IMG/VR virus record: IMGVR_UViG_3300032305_000514
Span: 1 to 28,046 of that record
DNA from: a virus
Taxonomy: Duplodnaviria; Caudoviricetes
Strand: one strand, 5' to 3'
DNA: 28,046 nt
A program made the translations under genes and the position numbers. This document shows, one piece after another, positions 15,352-24,987 of the stretch (position 1 is its first letter; the number at the start of each line of letters is the position of its first letter). The notes below the pieces were generated by a model. It made no database searches. It was not told the origin of the DNA and was given only the letters and a program-made list of their open reading frames with translations.

Positions 15352-17066
15352 TGGGAGCCTGGGACGATTATAGAAGTAGTTATTCAGCAGCTCAAGCTCC
15401 TTTGCTTTTGTCTAACCCCCTATTTGATGTAGACACTACTAATTTCACTAGCACATCCACCGTAGTTGGAGGAGGATTAACATTTACTGCTCCCGCTGCA
15501 GTTTTAAGTATTAGAGGGCAAGTTTATACAGATTATACATACACAACCTTAAAGGATAACATTGTAATTAACTCAATAGTTAACGGAGTTGGAGAATTTA
15601 CAATTAGCGGATTAACTCCAGGCAAAACATATTACGCCAGGGCCATAGGGTACGCAGCGTCGTTAGGCACGGGGCAATCGGGCTCATATAATTATTTTAG
15701 TTTTACAGTACCCGCTTATTCTTCAGATCTTTTTAATAGAACAGATACTCCAGAAGACACTTATGATGGAGAAGAAGTTCCAGCAGTAGTTCTTTTGCCT
15801 GGTGAGTCAAGCAAAATTGCAATTAGTAAATCTTTATTTACTATTCATTCAGACAATAAAAATCCAAACGTTTATTGTGCAGCAGTAAAGAATACTGGTA
15901 TTGAAACAACTTCAAACTATTACGCATTTGGTACTACCCTATACTTTAGACCAACCCTAGACAACTATATTCAATCAGGAGCATTTGGATTTTTTATTTC
16001 AGGGACATCTTCAAACGGGTACTTTATTAAAATTAAAACAACAGCAAGTGCTAAATCTAATGGAGATGAATTTTCAATAGGCAAAGTAGTAAAAAATTCC
16101 CAAAAAACAATTACTGATAGCCAGTCAGTTACTAACGCAAAGAACAATGTCGGATCAATTACTGCTGCGGTTCCATACAAAATAGATGTTAGGGTTAAGA
16201 AGACAAGCACTAAGGTGTTTATATCTGCATATATTAATGGATTTAAGATAAGCGCAACAGATACTCATGTGTCTGCTACAAATACTATTTTGCCAAAAAC
16301 TTCAAGCATATCTTTGGCGGTTAATATGGGAACGGTAAATTTTGATTACGTGTATGCAATTCCAATCACTGAATCTGAGTATAATAATTCTGAGCTAGAG
16401 AATATCTATGCGAATCAATTTGCACAGACATCTTTTAACTTGGCATACGGAGACATGTTTATCTCTGGATTAAGCGCAATAGACTCAAACACAGCTCAAA
16501 AATATGTTGAGGAGTTTGGATCTGTAGCAAGAGAAGTTAGACTCTTTTCTTCAAAGTACAAGGACTTAGAGCCAAAATTTCCTAAATACATGTATAACAA
16601 CTTGAACACTTCTGTCACCGTGCTTGGATCTGATTTAACATCATTTTCAGCCACGGCATATGTATTAAACTCATCAGGAGTAACTAGCGACATATCTTCA
16701 TCAGATGGCTCTAAGATTAGCGTACTTGGCAACTCGCTTATGAGAAGCGAAGATTTAATTTATTTTGATGAAGAAACAAATAAATATGAGGTAAAGGAAC
16801 AGATGACAATGGACTCCGCATGGATTCAAAATCCAGGGGATGCCAAAAAGCTAAGTGATTGGATTAAAACTCAATGGAGTAAAAGGCAAAGAGTTATAGA
16901 CATGACGGTATTGGCTAACCCAACAATTTCTGTAGGAGATATTATTGCAATAGATTACCCATATCAGGATTTAAATATCACAGATAAATTTGTTATAACA
17001 AATGTCAGACAGTCGTGGTCAGACGGATTGGAGACTACCGTAACAGCTAGATCGATCTATAGCTGA
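15351..17066 (+). CDS. Minor tail protein with FN3-like and lectin-like domains and a hub-type C-terminus
   Basis: ISGLTPGKTYYARA is an FN3 signature. A central beta-sandwich ends in VNFDYVYA. The C-terminal WIQNPGDAKKLSDW...ANPTISVGDIIAIDY...FVITNVRQSW is typical of hub C-terminal barrels. Confidence 0.62.
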   Translation: MGAWDDYRSSYSAAQAPLLLSNPLFDVDTTNFTSTSTVVGGGLTFTAPAAVLSIRGQVYTDYTYTTLKDNIVINSIVNGVGEFTISGLTPGKTYYARAIGYAASLGTGQSGSYNYFSFTVPAYSSDLFNRTDTPEDTYDGEEVPAVVLLPGESSKIAISKSLFTIHSDNKNPNVYCAAVKNTGIETTSNYYAFGTTLYFRPTLDNYIQSGAFGFFISGTSSNGYFIKIKTTASAKSNGDEFSIGKVVKNSQKTITDSQSVTNAKNNVGSITAAVPYKIDVRVKKTSTKVFISAYINGFKISATDTHVSATNTILPKTSSISLAVNMGTVNFDYVYAIPITESEYNNSELENIYANQFAQTSFNLAYGDMFISGLSAIDSNTAQKYVEEFGSVAREVRLFSSKYKDLEPKFPKYMYNNLNTSVTVLGSDLTSFSATAYVLNSSGVTSDISSSDGSKISVLGNSLMRSEDLIYFDEETNKYEVKEQMTMDSAWIQNPGDAKKLSDWIKTQWSKRQRVIDMTVLANPTISVGDIIAIDYPYQDLNITDKFVITNVRQSWSDGLETTVTARSIYS

Positions 17067-17070
17067 CAAA

Positions 17071-17079
17071 TGGTATAAT
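17071..17079 (+). promoter_or_regulatory. Extended -10 promoter, likely producing a leaderless mRNA
   Basis: TGgTATAAT ends 6 nt before ATG 17086, and no SD is present. Confidence 0.6.
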
Positions 17080-17085
17080 AATAAA

Positions 17086-17436
17086 ATGACAACAAAAAGA
17101 CCTAACCCAATATTTGTTAAGCAGGGCGCAGACGTACTTGCGGACCTAGATGAAAGAGACGTCAGGATTGTTGGGGCAGACACTAAAAAAACATTTTTAA
17201 ATAGTCTAGGTGGGTATTCTAACTATAGCAGCGGAAACTCATCAGGAGTTGTATCTGTTTTTGACGGTGCGGACTTTGGGGAATTAAATATATTAATGCC
17301 TCAACTAGGAGATATAAGTGTTGTTTCTCAGTCAATCAATTATGCTACAACGCCTCCTACCGTCGACGTAGTTCTTAAAATAAAAAATTCTACTAAGCAA
17401 GTAGTAAAAGGAATATCTGCGAGGTTAACAAATTGA
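17086..17436 (+). CDS. Hypothetical tail-module protein
   Basis: 116-aa ORF filling the gap between tail genes; overlaps the next start by 4 nt. Confidence 0.6.
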   Translation: MTTKRPNPIFVKQGADVLADLDERDVRIVGADTKKTFLNSLGGYSNYSSGNSSGVVSVFDGADFGELNILMPQLGDISVVSQSINYATTPPTVDVVLKIKNSTKQVVKGISARLTN

Positions 17437-18329
17437 TTACTAAATTTGGAAAAAGATTTATATCATCATCTTTAGCAGGAATGCCTGCCACTCAAACAAA
17501 AGACCTAGCCTTTGGTATCGACTCTACAGCAGTACAGGCAAATGGCAACGATACAAGACTAGGATTTGAATTTTACAGAGTCCCTGTTTCTTTTGGAAGC
17601 ATTGATATTCAGACAGATGAATTTGGAGACAGTACGTATTCGGTTGTCTATCAGGCAACTATCCCGCAAGATGTATCAGGAATAATTAAAGAAATTGGAT
17701 TGTACCCAGGGGTTAAGTCTTCAGCTAATAACTATGACAGCAAGTTCATTGCAGATTTTGAAAACAATTTGATGTGGTTTAAATCAGATGACTCTAATCC
17801 AGAATTAGTGGCCCTTACAACATCAAGCATAAAACCTAGAGTCGGTACATATTTTTCTAAGGTCGGGGTAAGTGCAAGTCAGTCAGTAGAGTTTACATGC
17901 TCATACTCTGGCTTAGATCTTTCTGGATACACAGCAAGCGATTCTTTATCTCTTGCATATAATCAAGAGGATACTAATTTAGAGTCTATAGTATTTAAAT
18001 TTTATAGCTCAGACTCTTCCTACTATTCAGCAACATTCACTGGAGCAGCGTCCGTAACAGAGCCAAATAAGATTGCCAAGGTCTTGTTTTCAACATTAAC
18101 AGCAAACAATGGATTTGCAGATCTATCATCAATTATTAAAATTGGAGTTACGATAACTGCAAAATCAAGCGGGCAGGCAGTAGTATATCTTGATGCCTTA
18201 AGAATAGATGATGAAGATACATTCAATGCAAACTTTGGACTAATAAGCCGATCAGTATTATCTTCTCCAATAGAAAAGATTTCTGGCAAGCCAGTAGACG
18301 TAGAGTATAGAATTAATTTAGGTTTCTAA
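17433..18329 (+). CDS. Tail collar/baseplate fibre-attachment protein with inserted beta-sandwich domain (TTG start)
   Basis: MITKFGKRF...AFGID...DTRLGFEFYRVPV...IPQDVSGIIKEIGLY and C-terminal LISRSVLSSPIEK...VEYRI resemble tail-collar fibre domains. The middle region ends in VYLDALRI, like carbohydrate-binding modules. SD GAGG upstream. Confidence 0.6.
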   Translation: MITKFGKRFISSSLAGMPATQTKDLAFGIDSTAVQANGNDTRLGFEFYRVPVSFGSIDIQTDEFGDSTYSVVYQATIPQDVSGIIKEIGLYPGVKSSANNYDSKFIADFENNLMWFKSDDSNPELVALTTSSIKPRVGTYFSKVGVSASQSVEFTCSYSGLDLSGYTASDSLSLAYNQEDTNLESIVFKFYSSDSSYYSATFTGAASVTEPNKIAKVLFSTLTANNGFADLSSIIKIGVTITAKSSGQAVVYLDALRIDDEDTFNANFGLISRSVLSSPIEKISGKPVDVEYRINLGF

Positions 18330-18330
18330 C

Positions 18331-21300
18331 ATGGCAGATAACGCAGATCTAAGTTTAACTGGCCAGGTAGACCCATCAGATAAAAACTATTATCTTGTTA
18401 AAATATCTAAACTACAGACAGACTTAAATTATACCGCCAAATTTCAGTGGTCCTTTCAAGAGCAAGCTTTAAATGATAAGGTAAAGTCGCTTTGGTCTAA
18501 CGGATATCAATTCAAAACAATAAAGCTACCAACGCTACTCGCACCTAGATTTTTAAATACTGACTTATCATATTTTAATGGCGTACTTATAATTACATGG
18601 AACGGTTTAGATTCGGCAGGTAATCCGTATACTAAAGCATTTGATAGAATAAATGTTTATGTAAAAGATGAAACAGTAATTGGTGGAGTTTATAGACTTG
18701 TAGGTTCATTAAAGTCTGCAGGAACAGTTAGAGTTGCAGTCCCTCCAAGAGCGCATAGCGTAAAGCTTACAGTAGTAGATGCCGAAGGCGTCGAGTCAGA
18801 TTTTAGCGTATCTCAATTTGAAACACCAAAGCTTATCCCAAGTACGTTGCCTACTGGTGTTGTTGGTTCTTGGGTTGGAACAGATTTTAGAGTAGCATTT
18901 ACACACAATCCAGACGAAGAGTTTTTTAGTTCATATAAGGTAAAGCTAACTGCAGGTGGATCATCAAAAGTATTTGATGTAAAGGCAACCCCAAGCACAA
19001 CCTCACAATCATTTACACTAAGCCTTTCTCAAAACAAGGCGGTCTTTGGGGTTCCACAAACAGCAATCAGTGGATCAGTAAGTGTTGTTAATATCTATGG
19101 CAATGAAAGCACAGAGGTTTCTTTTTCTTCTTCATCATATGTTAATACCTTGCCAGCAGCTACAATTGTAGCAACAGCAATAAGTAATGGGTATAGCGTA
19201 TCTTATACAACTCCAGCTGATACAACTTTTAATAAGATAGAAGTTGAAGAGGTTGAGTCTGCATCAGCAACCGCTCCAACAACAGGATACACAAAAGTAT
19301 TTTCAGGATCTTCAAATCCAGCTATTGTTATTGTTCCAAATACAAATAAGAGATGGCTACGTGCAAGATTTATAGATAACATAGGCGCATATGGTTCATA
19401 CGGTACTTCAGTATCAGTAACTCCAACAAACCCAGTTGTAGCAGATACAGAAGGGCCTGCCAATGTATCTTCAGTAACAGCAGACGGAGGTCTAGATAGC
19501 ACAGGCACTATAGGATTTAATGGATACGCAAACATATCTTGGTCAGCAGTAACTGGAGGAGGTATACGAGGTTACAGGATAAGATTTAGGCCAGTAACTG
19601 ATCCTGTTTCTAGTTACTCTTACGCAGACTCCCCTGGAACGGGAACATCATATAGACTTGCAGCATTAGGGGCAGGATTAACTTATGAAATAGCAGTTGC
19701 AACATATGATGAATATAATAATACATCATCTTCTTACGTTTCATCTACTGCTAATGTTGTTGTTGGCGGTACACCCTATATCGCAAGTACTGTAGACGTT
19801 ACTGGATTTTTTAAAGCAAAAGCAAATGCTTCAGATGCAGACAGCACAGCATTTAAATTTGGATATGGAGTAGATACAGGAAAAAGAGGTCTAGTATTTA
19901 ATCCAAATAACTATTGGTATATAGACTCAGCGCAGTCAGCATCATTGAAGGTTGGCGGAGCAACAACAAACTATATAGAATGGAACGGGGCTTCATTTGT
20001 AATTGATGGTGACCTAAGAGCCAAAAAGGGTTCATTTAGCGGAAACATAAATATGGCAAGCGGTGCTTCTGTATATAGTGGAACAATCGGCGGCAACACG
20101 GTAACAGCTACTGGGGATACTGGGGGATCACTTACTAGCGCAGGGTATATACTTAACTCCTCTGGCATTACGTTTTCTAATGGTCTTGCATCTACAGCAT
20201 TAAGACAAACAACTATTGATGCGGCCACTGGATTATTTACAACCAACTCTGCAAATATTGGTGGGTGGAATGTAGTTCCTTCCACAATTAGTAAGACTTC
20301 AAGCAATGGAACACTTACCCTTAATTCAGATACCGCACAAATTACAGCTACAAGCGCAACATATACTGCAGGAATAGCAACACCAAACAATAACGCATCT
20401 ACAGATATAGTTTTTTGGGCAGGCGGAACAAGAAGCACCGATGCTAATTTTTATGTGCAAGCAAACGGTACAGTAGTAATGAAGTCAGCTGTTATTACTG
20501 GATATGCTTCATCAACAGATATTCCAGATGTTTCTGGATTTATTACAGCAGGCCAGGTTAACACAAATGTAACAAGCATTAGCGGAGGAGTGATAACAAC
20601 AGGCATTATTAGAAATTCTACACAGTCGGGTCCAAGCAATGGGTCAGACTATTCTACATCTGGTATGGCAATTAATTTAGATAATGGAACAATAACAGCT
20701 AAGCAGTTTAGAGTGGATTCCAGCGGCAACGCATTCTTTCTTGGGACACTGTCTTCTGGAATATCATTATCTGCTCCAGCAATTACTGGCGGTAGCATAA
20801 TTGGAGCAAGCGTAACAGTAACAGATTCAATTATATCAAGCGGTCTTCCTTCAGCGTCAGACTCTTCATTGTCTGAAGGCAATGATACAAATCAAGACAC
20901 ATCAACATCTTATGTAGGAAATGCAACCTTTAATCCAACTCTTAAGCTAGAAAATGGCAAGATATCTTCAAATAGCATTATGAGAATAGAAGGTGCAAGC
21001 TACACAGAAATTTTTTCTGGAGGAACTCAATCTGCAATGTTTGATTCTTCAAGATCAGCATTAAATTTTACAACAGGGCTATATTTAGGAGATCCAAATG
21101 CTTCATCTTCTGCTAAGGTGCAAAACCACACAACTCCTTGGATTACTATAGATGCCAGAATGCGTTTAAGAAAAGGTGCTCCGTTGACATATCCAGGTGG
21201 GACTACGGGAGCCTACGTAAGAAATATTTATATTAAACAGACAACAAGTACACCATCTGCAACAACAGGGCATGTGGGCGACATTATGATCACATATTAG
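18331..21300 (+). CDS. Tail fibre/host-specificity protein with FN3 repeats
   Basis: 989 aa, Ser/Thr/Gly-rich. FN3 motif (ISWSAV...GYRIRFR...LGAGLTYEIAVATYDEYNNTS), beta-helix-like segments (ANIGGWNV, FYVQANGTV) and C-terminal TPSATTGHVGDIMITY. Confidence 0.75.
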   Translation: MADNADLSLTGQVDPSDKNYYLVKISKLQTDLNYTAKFQWSFQEQALNDKVKSLWSNGYQFKTIKLPTLLAPRFLNTDLSYFNGVLIITWNGLDSAGNPYTKAFDRINVYVKDETVIGGVYRLVGSLKSAGTVRVAVPPRAHSVKLTVVDAEGVESDFSVSQFETPKLIPSTLPTGVVGSWVGTDFRVAFTHNPDEEFFSSYKVKLTAGGSSKVFDVKATPSTTSQSFTLSLSQNKAVFGVPQTAISGSVSVVNIYGNESTEVSFSSSSYVNTLPAATIVATAISNGYSVSYTTPADTTFNKIEVEEVESASATAPTTGYTKVFSGSSNPAIVIVPNTNKRWLRARFIDNIGAYGSYGTSVSVTPTNPVVADTEGPANVSSVTADGGLDSTGTIGFNGYANISWSAVTGGGIRGYRIRFRPVTDPVSSYSYADSPGTGTSYRLAALGAGLTYEIAVATYDEYNNTSSSYVSSTANVVVGGTPYIASTVDVTGFFKAKANASDADSTAFKFGYGVDTGKRGLVFNPNNYWYIDSAQSASLKVGGATTNYIEWNGASFVIDGDLRAKKGSFSGNINMASGASVYSGTIGGNTVTATGDTGGSLTSAGYILNSSGITFSNGLASTALRQTTIDAATGLFTTNSANIGGWNVVPSTISKTSSNGTLTLNSDTAQITATSATYTAGIATPNNNASTDIVFWAGGTRSTDANFYVQANGTVVMKSAVITGYASSTDIPDVSGFITAGQVNTNVTSISGGVITTGIIRNSTQSGPSNGSDYSTSGMAINLDNGTITAKQFRVDSSGNAFFLGTLSSGISLSAPAITGGSIIGASVTVTDSIISSGLPSASDSSLSEGNDTNQDTSTSYVGNATFNPTLKLENGKISSNSIMRIEGASYTEIFSGGTQSAMFDSSRSALNFTTGLYLGDPNASSSAKVQNHTTPWITIDARMRLRKGAPLTYPGGTTGAYVRNIYIKQTTSTPSATTGHVGDIMITY

Positions 21301-21308
21301 GAATACAA

Positions 21309-24300
21309 ATGCCAATATACGCTAAAGTAGGAAGTAGCTGGTCAACAAATGCCAAAAAGGTATGGGTTAAAGCAGCCGACGGCTGGAAGTCTGGAACTAA
21401 ATTATTTGCAAAGACTATTGCTGGATGGGTGCAGATGTGGCCTGGAGATGCTCCAGCGTCAAGCTTAACAGACCCAATTGATATTAGACTCACTGGGTAT
21501 AACGGAGCTAGAGCAACAAGCCCACAATCTATTAACACAGTGCTATACGGAAACGACGGAACCATAACTGGCGCAACTCCAATTACAGTAAATTCAAGAA
21601 GAATGAAAATTTCTGAAGATAATACGGGTAATACAACCAGGTATGAACTAGAGACTACAGATGTTTATAATCTTACTAGCAATACCGAAACAAACATTGG
21701 ATTTAAAAGATATATGGCTGACGGATGGTGGTTGTTTTATGAGCTTGTAGCCTCTAACACATATTCTCCATATCCACCAGGAACAACTTTATATTCGCCA
21801 GCAATTAAAATTATAAGACAGGCACCTACATTTAGTGCAAGCTCACCATCATTAACAGGAGATTATACTTCTACAAACCCATTGCTTACTTTAAACTTTT
21901 CATTTAGCGACACATGGTGGAAAGCGGCAGATCTTTCAAGATCATACATCAGATGGTGGCAAAATACTTCTAAGTCACCTGGAGGTACAGTTTTAAGCAC
22001 GACTTACATTGATAGTATATCTTTTCTTTCAAGTACAAGAAGCGGATCATACAGTGAATATAATGGAACGGGAACAACTATTAGCGGATCAGATTATTAT
22101 ACTGCTATGGGAGGAATTCCTGCAGGTCAGTATATAATAGGAGAAGTTGTCTTAGTTAATTCATATACAGATCATACTGGGTCACCAATATCTGCATTTG
22201 CATCTTCAGGAGATAAGCCATCAGTAATTGCATTGTCTGTAATAGATGATAATGGAAATGGAGTTGTTGATAACCAATCATCTCCAAGAATTATTTCAGA
22301 TGGATATCTAAATTTTGTAGCAACAGTTCAAGATGCATCGGCATCTACTTACTACTTGCTAGAGCCAAGAATTTATAATAATTTTAACGGGAATGTATAC
22401 GAATTCAATAGCACTACTGTAATTGGAAGCACTTCATTCCCCACTAACCTTACTCCAACATCTACTTCATTAAATGGAACTACGGCAACAGTAACTTGGA
22501 GAATTTTTATTAATGCAGACACACTGGCCACTATTGGCACACCAACGTATTCTGGAGGCCAACCAAGATTTCAATTTGAATTTAGGGTAAGCGCAAGAGC
22601 ATCTTCATCCTCAACAGATGCTTCCGCGTCTTACTTTACTGGCATAGCATCTTTAGGAGCAGATAGTGTGTATATGCAAGGACTTGATGCGCCAGCTATG
22701 GTTAGTCGTCACCCATCATCGGCAATGACATTAAATGTAAGTTCAAGCTCAGTATCTTTAGGTTCCTCTGTAACATTTTCTGGTACAACGAGCAGCTATC
22801 CTTCTGGAGGCTCATCTTTTCCAAGAAGATACATAATAGATTTTGGAGACGGAACAGATAGTGGATGGCAATATTTTGCAACTGGAACAAGCAACCCAAG
22901 TTTTTCTGGAATAAGCAAAACGTATTCTAGTCTAGGAAGCTATACTGCTGTGTTAAAATGGGAACCACAGGGTGATCCAACAAGAAGTACAAGAGCTCGG
23001 TCTATTACTGTTGCAGGCGCAGCACCAGTTTTAGTAACTTCTCCAGTAAACACAAATACAAGTGGCACACGTAATTTTTCAGTAACCACTGGTTCTTGGA
23101 ATAATTCACCCACTAGCTACTCATATCAATGGAAAGCTTTTACATATCTCCCATACCCTCCATATACAAGCACTATAAACGTTGGAACAAATTCTAGCTC
23201 ATATTCAGGTTCTTCTACCTATGATGGATATAGTATATATTGTGATGTTACCGCTACCAATACTGGAGGATCAACAACAGCAACATCAAACTCCATAACA
23301 CAAGTTGCCCCAGGAGTAGCCCCTAGCGGTGGAGGTGTAACGCTAACACCGACGGGGACACAAATGGCAAGAACAACTATTTCTGCAAACGTAACTGCAA
23401 TGTCTGGTACTGAGCCAATAACATATATAACAACTATACGCAAGGCTACTGGCTCTAGTCCAACAGGCACTGGAGCAGCGACATCTTCTCCAGGATTAAC
23501 AAACCCTGGAACTGGAACTGGTAATGCGGTTGCTCAGCATAAAATTACAGATGGAGAAGCGTCTGGCACCCCAGATCAATTTAAAGCATATACAGTTGGA
23601 ACAAATGATTATGGTAGTTTTACAGTAGGATCTAATACAGTTATATCTACACCTTATGTTGCTACACAATATACAGTAACTTGGAATGCAAATGGTGGAA
23701 CTGGTGGAACTACAACAACACTAGATGAAGGCTCAGCACACTCAGCTCCAGCCGCAACAAGATCAGGCTATACTCTTTCAAATTGGAGAAATCCTCAAAC
23801 TGGAGGAGATCCAATATTCGTGTCCGCAGGTGGTACATATACCCCAACTGCTAATATAACATTTTGGGCTCAGTGGACTGCCGTTGCCGTAGTAGCACCA
23901 GCTGATGGAACCGCCACAGTTGACCCGACAACAGGAACTGCTGGAACAACAACATATACTGGGTCTACTTCAGGTTGGACGGGATCGGCTGCAACTTTTA
24001 CATACTCATGGCAATATTTTTCACAAAGTTCATTTTCTTATGTACAATATACATCAGGAACTACATTTTCACCACCAGCAAACATAAACACTTTATACCC
24101 AAACTACGGGTGGAGACTTTTAGTTACTGCTACAAATACAGCAGGTTCAGCAACTGCAGCAGCATATCCTACAGTTAATAGTCCAGCAGTAGTTTCTGCC
24201 CCGTCTACACCTACTGGTGTTACACTAAGTGGAAGTGGAGCTGTAAGTTGGGATGCAGTTTCTGGGGCGGAGAGCTATGAAGTACAAACTTATACAGACC

Positions 24301-24500
24301 GAACAGGAAGTCCAGCAAATACTACTAACCGACTTGGACCGTATGTTGCTACAGGAATAACTGGAACCTCTTACCAGCTTAGTGCTACAGATAACTATGC
24401 ATCTCCAAATAACTGGGCAAGAGTTCAAGTAAGAGCTAGAAATTCGGGCGGAGTTTCAACATATAGCGCATGGGTGCCATCAAGCACCACGTACACCTAG
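21309..24500 (+). CDS. Large adhesin-like fibre protein (Ig-like, PKD, InlB B-repeat-like, FN3 domains)
   Basis: 1063 aa, Thr/Ser-rich. Trp-rich N-terminus (VWVKAADGWK), PKD motif IDFGDGT...TYSSLGSYTAVL, Ig repeats (GSW..SPTSYSYQW...VTATNTGG), YTVTWNANGG...TRSGYTLSNW...FWAQW, and a terminal FN3 (VSWDAVSGAESYEV...VRARNSGG). Confidence 0.78.
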   Translation: MPIYAKVGSSWSTNAKKVWVKAADGWKSGTKLFAKTIAGWVQMWPGDAPASSLTDPIDIRLTGYNGARATSPQSINTVLYGNDGTITGATPITVNSRRMKISEDNTGNTTRYELETTDVYNLTSNTETNIGFKRYMADGWWLFYELVASNTYSPYPPGTTLYSPAIKIIRQAPTFSASSPSLTGDYTSTNPLLTLNFSFSDTWWKAADLSRSYIRWWQNTSKSPGGTVLSTTYIDSISFLSSTRSGSYSEYNGTGTTISGSDYYTAMGGIPAGQYIIGEVVLVNSYTDHTGSPISAFASSGDKPSVIALSVIDDNGNGVVDNQSSPRIISDGYLNFVATVQDASASTYYLLEPRIYNNFNGNVYEFNSTTVIGSTSFPTNLTPTSTSLNGTTATVTWRIFINADTLATIGTPTYSGGQPRFQFEFRVSARASSSSTDASASYFTGIASLGADSVYMQGLDAPAMVSRHPSSAMTLNVSSSSVSLGSSVTFSGTTSSYPSGGSSFPRRYIIDFGDGTDSGWQYFATGTSNPSFSGISKTYSSLGSYTAVLKWEPQGDPTRSTRARSITVAGAAPVLVTSPVNTNTSGTRNFSVTTGSWNNSPTSYSYQWKAFTYLPYPPYTSTINVGTNSSSYSGSSTYDGYSIYCDVTATNTGGSTTATSNSITQVAPGVAPSGGGVTLTPTGTQMARTTISANVTAMSGTEPITYITTIRKATGSSPTGTGAATSSPGLTNPGTGTGNAVAQHKITDGEASGTPDQFKAYTVGTNDYGSFTVGSNTVISTPYVATQYTVTWNANGGTGGTTTTLDEGSAHSAPAATRSGYTLSNWRNPQTGGDPIFVSAGGTYTPTANITFWAQWTAVAVVAPADGTATVDPTTGTAGTTTYTGSTSGWTGSAATFTYSWQYFSQSSFSYVQYTSGTTFSPPANINTLYPNYGWRLLVTATNTAGSATAAAYPTVNSPAVVSAPSTPTGVTLSGSGAVSWDAVSGAESYEVQTYTDRTGSPANTTNRLGPYVATGITGTSYQLSATDNYASPNNWARVQVRARNSGGVSTYSAWVPSSTTYT

Positions 24501-24508
24501 GAGAACAT

Positions 24509-24700
24509 ATGATTACTAATGAAGAAAAAATAGATGTTATAAACAATAGGCTGGACAACCTAGAGTTTGTAATGAATTCATTTATTGACCACGCCGAAGA
24601 GTTTAAGGATAAGTATTCTTTAGAGGAGGAGATTCTGAAGTGTAATTCTAGAAAAAATGCATTATTGCAGGAGTTATCCGACCTGGAAGCCTTAATTTAA
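24509..24700 (+). CDS. Small helical hypothetical protein (TNEEK family, copy 1)
   Basis: ATG 24509 follows SD AGGAG (24499-24503); 63 aa MITNEEKIDVINNRL... The track start at 24470 is probably too early. Confidence 0.7.
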   Translation: MITNEEKIDVINNRLDNLEFVMNSFIDHAEEFKDKYSLEEEILKCNSRKNALLQELSDLEALI

Positions 24701-24706
24701 AAGACC

Positions 24707-24734
24707 TTGACTAATCAAGGTTAAATGATATAAT
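24707..24734 (+). promoter_or_regulatory. Sigma70-type promoter with inverted repeat over the -35 box
   Basis: TTGACT (24707-24712), 16 bp, TATAAT (24729-24734) with TG extension; SD AAAGGAGGT follows. Confidence 0.75.
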
Positions 24735-24751
24735 ATGAAAGGAGGTAAACA

Positions 24752-24973
24752 ATGACTATTGAATTAACAAACGAAGAAAAGCTAAGCATTGTAAATCAGC
24801 ACATCAAGTCAGTAGATTACGGTATCTACGGACTACAGCTAGATTTAATGGAAGCTCAAGCAATTGACACCCCAGATCCAATACAGGTTTCATCCACAAA
24901 TGGAAGAATTGCTTCTGCTAATGCTAGAAGAGCGGTATTAGTTGAAGAAAGAGATTCTTTAACTGCAGAATAA
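24752..24973 (+). CDS. Small helical hypothetical protein (TNEEK family, copy 2)
   Basis: 73 aa MTIELTNEEKLSIVNQHI...; consensus SD. Confidence 0.8.
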   Translation: MTIELTNEEKLSIVNQHIKSVDYGIYGLQLDLMEAQAIDTPDPIQVSSTNGRIASANARRAVLVEERDSLTAE

Positions 24974-24987
24974 GAATAGGATAAACG

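Noticed and set aside
21298-21311. TAG readthrough fusing the two fibre genes
   Set aside because: The two ORFs are in different frames and no slippery heptamer is evident at the junction.
24470-24508. ORF-track start at 24470
   Set aside because: It overlaps the fibre gene; ATG 24509 has an SD and aligns with the paralogue's N-terminus.
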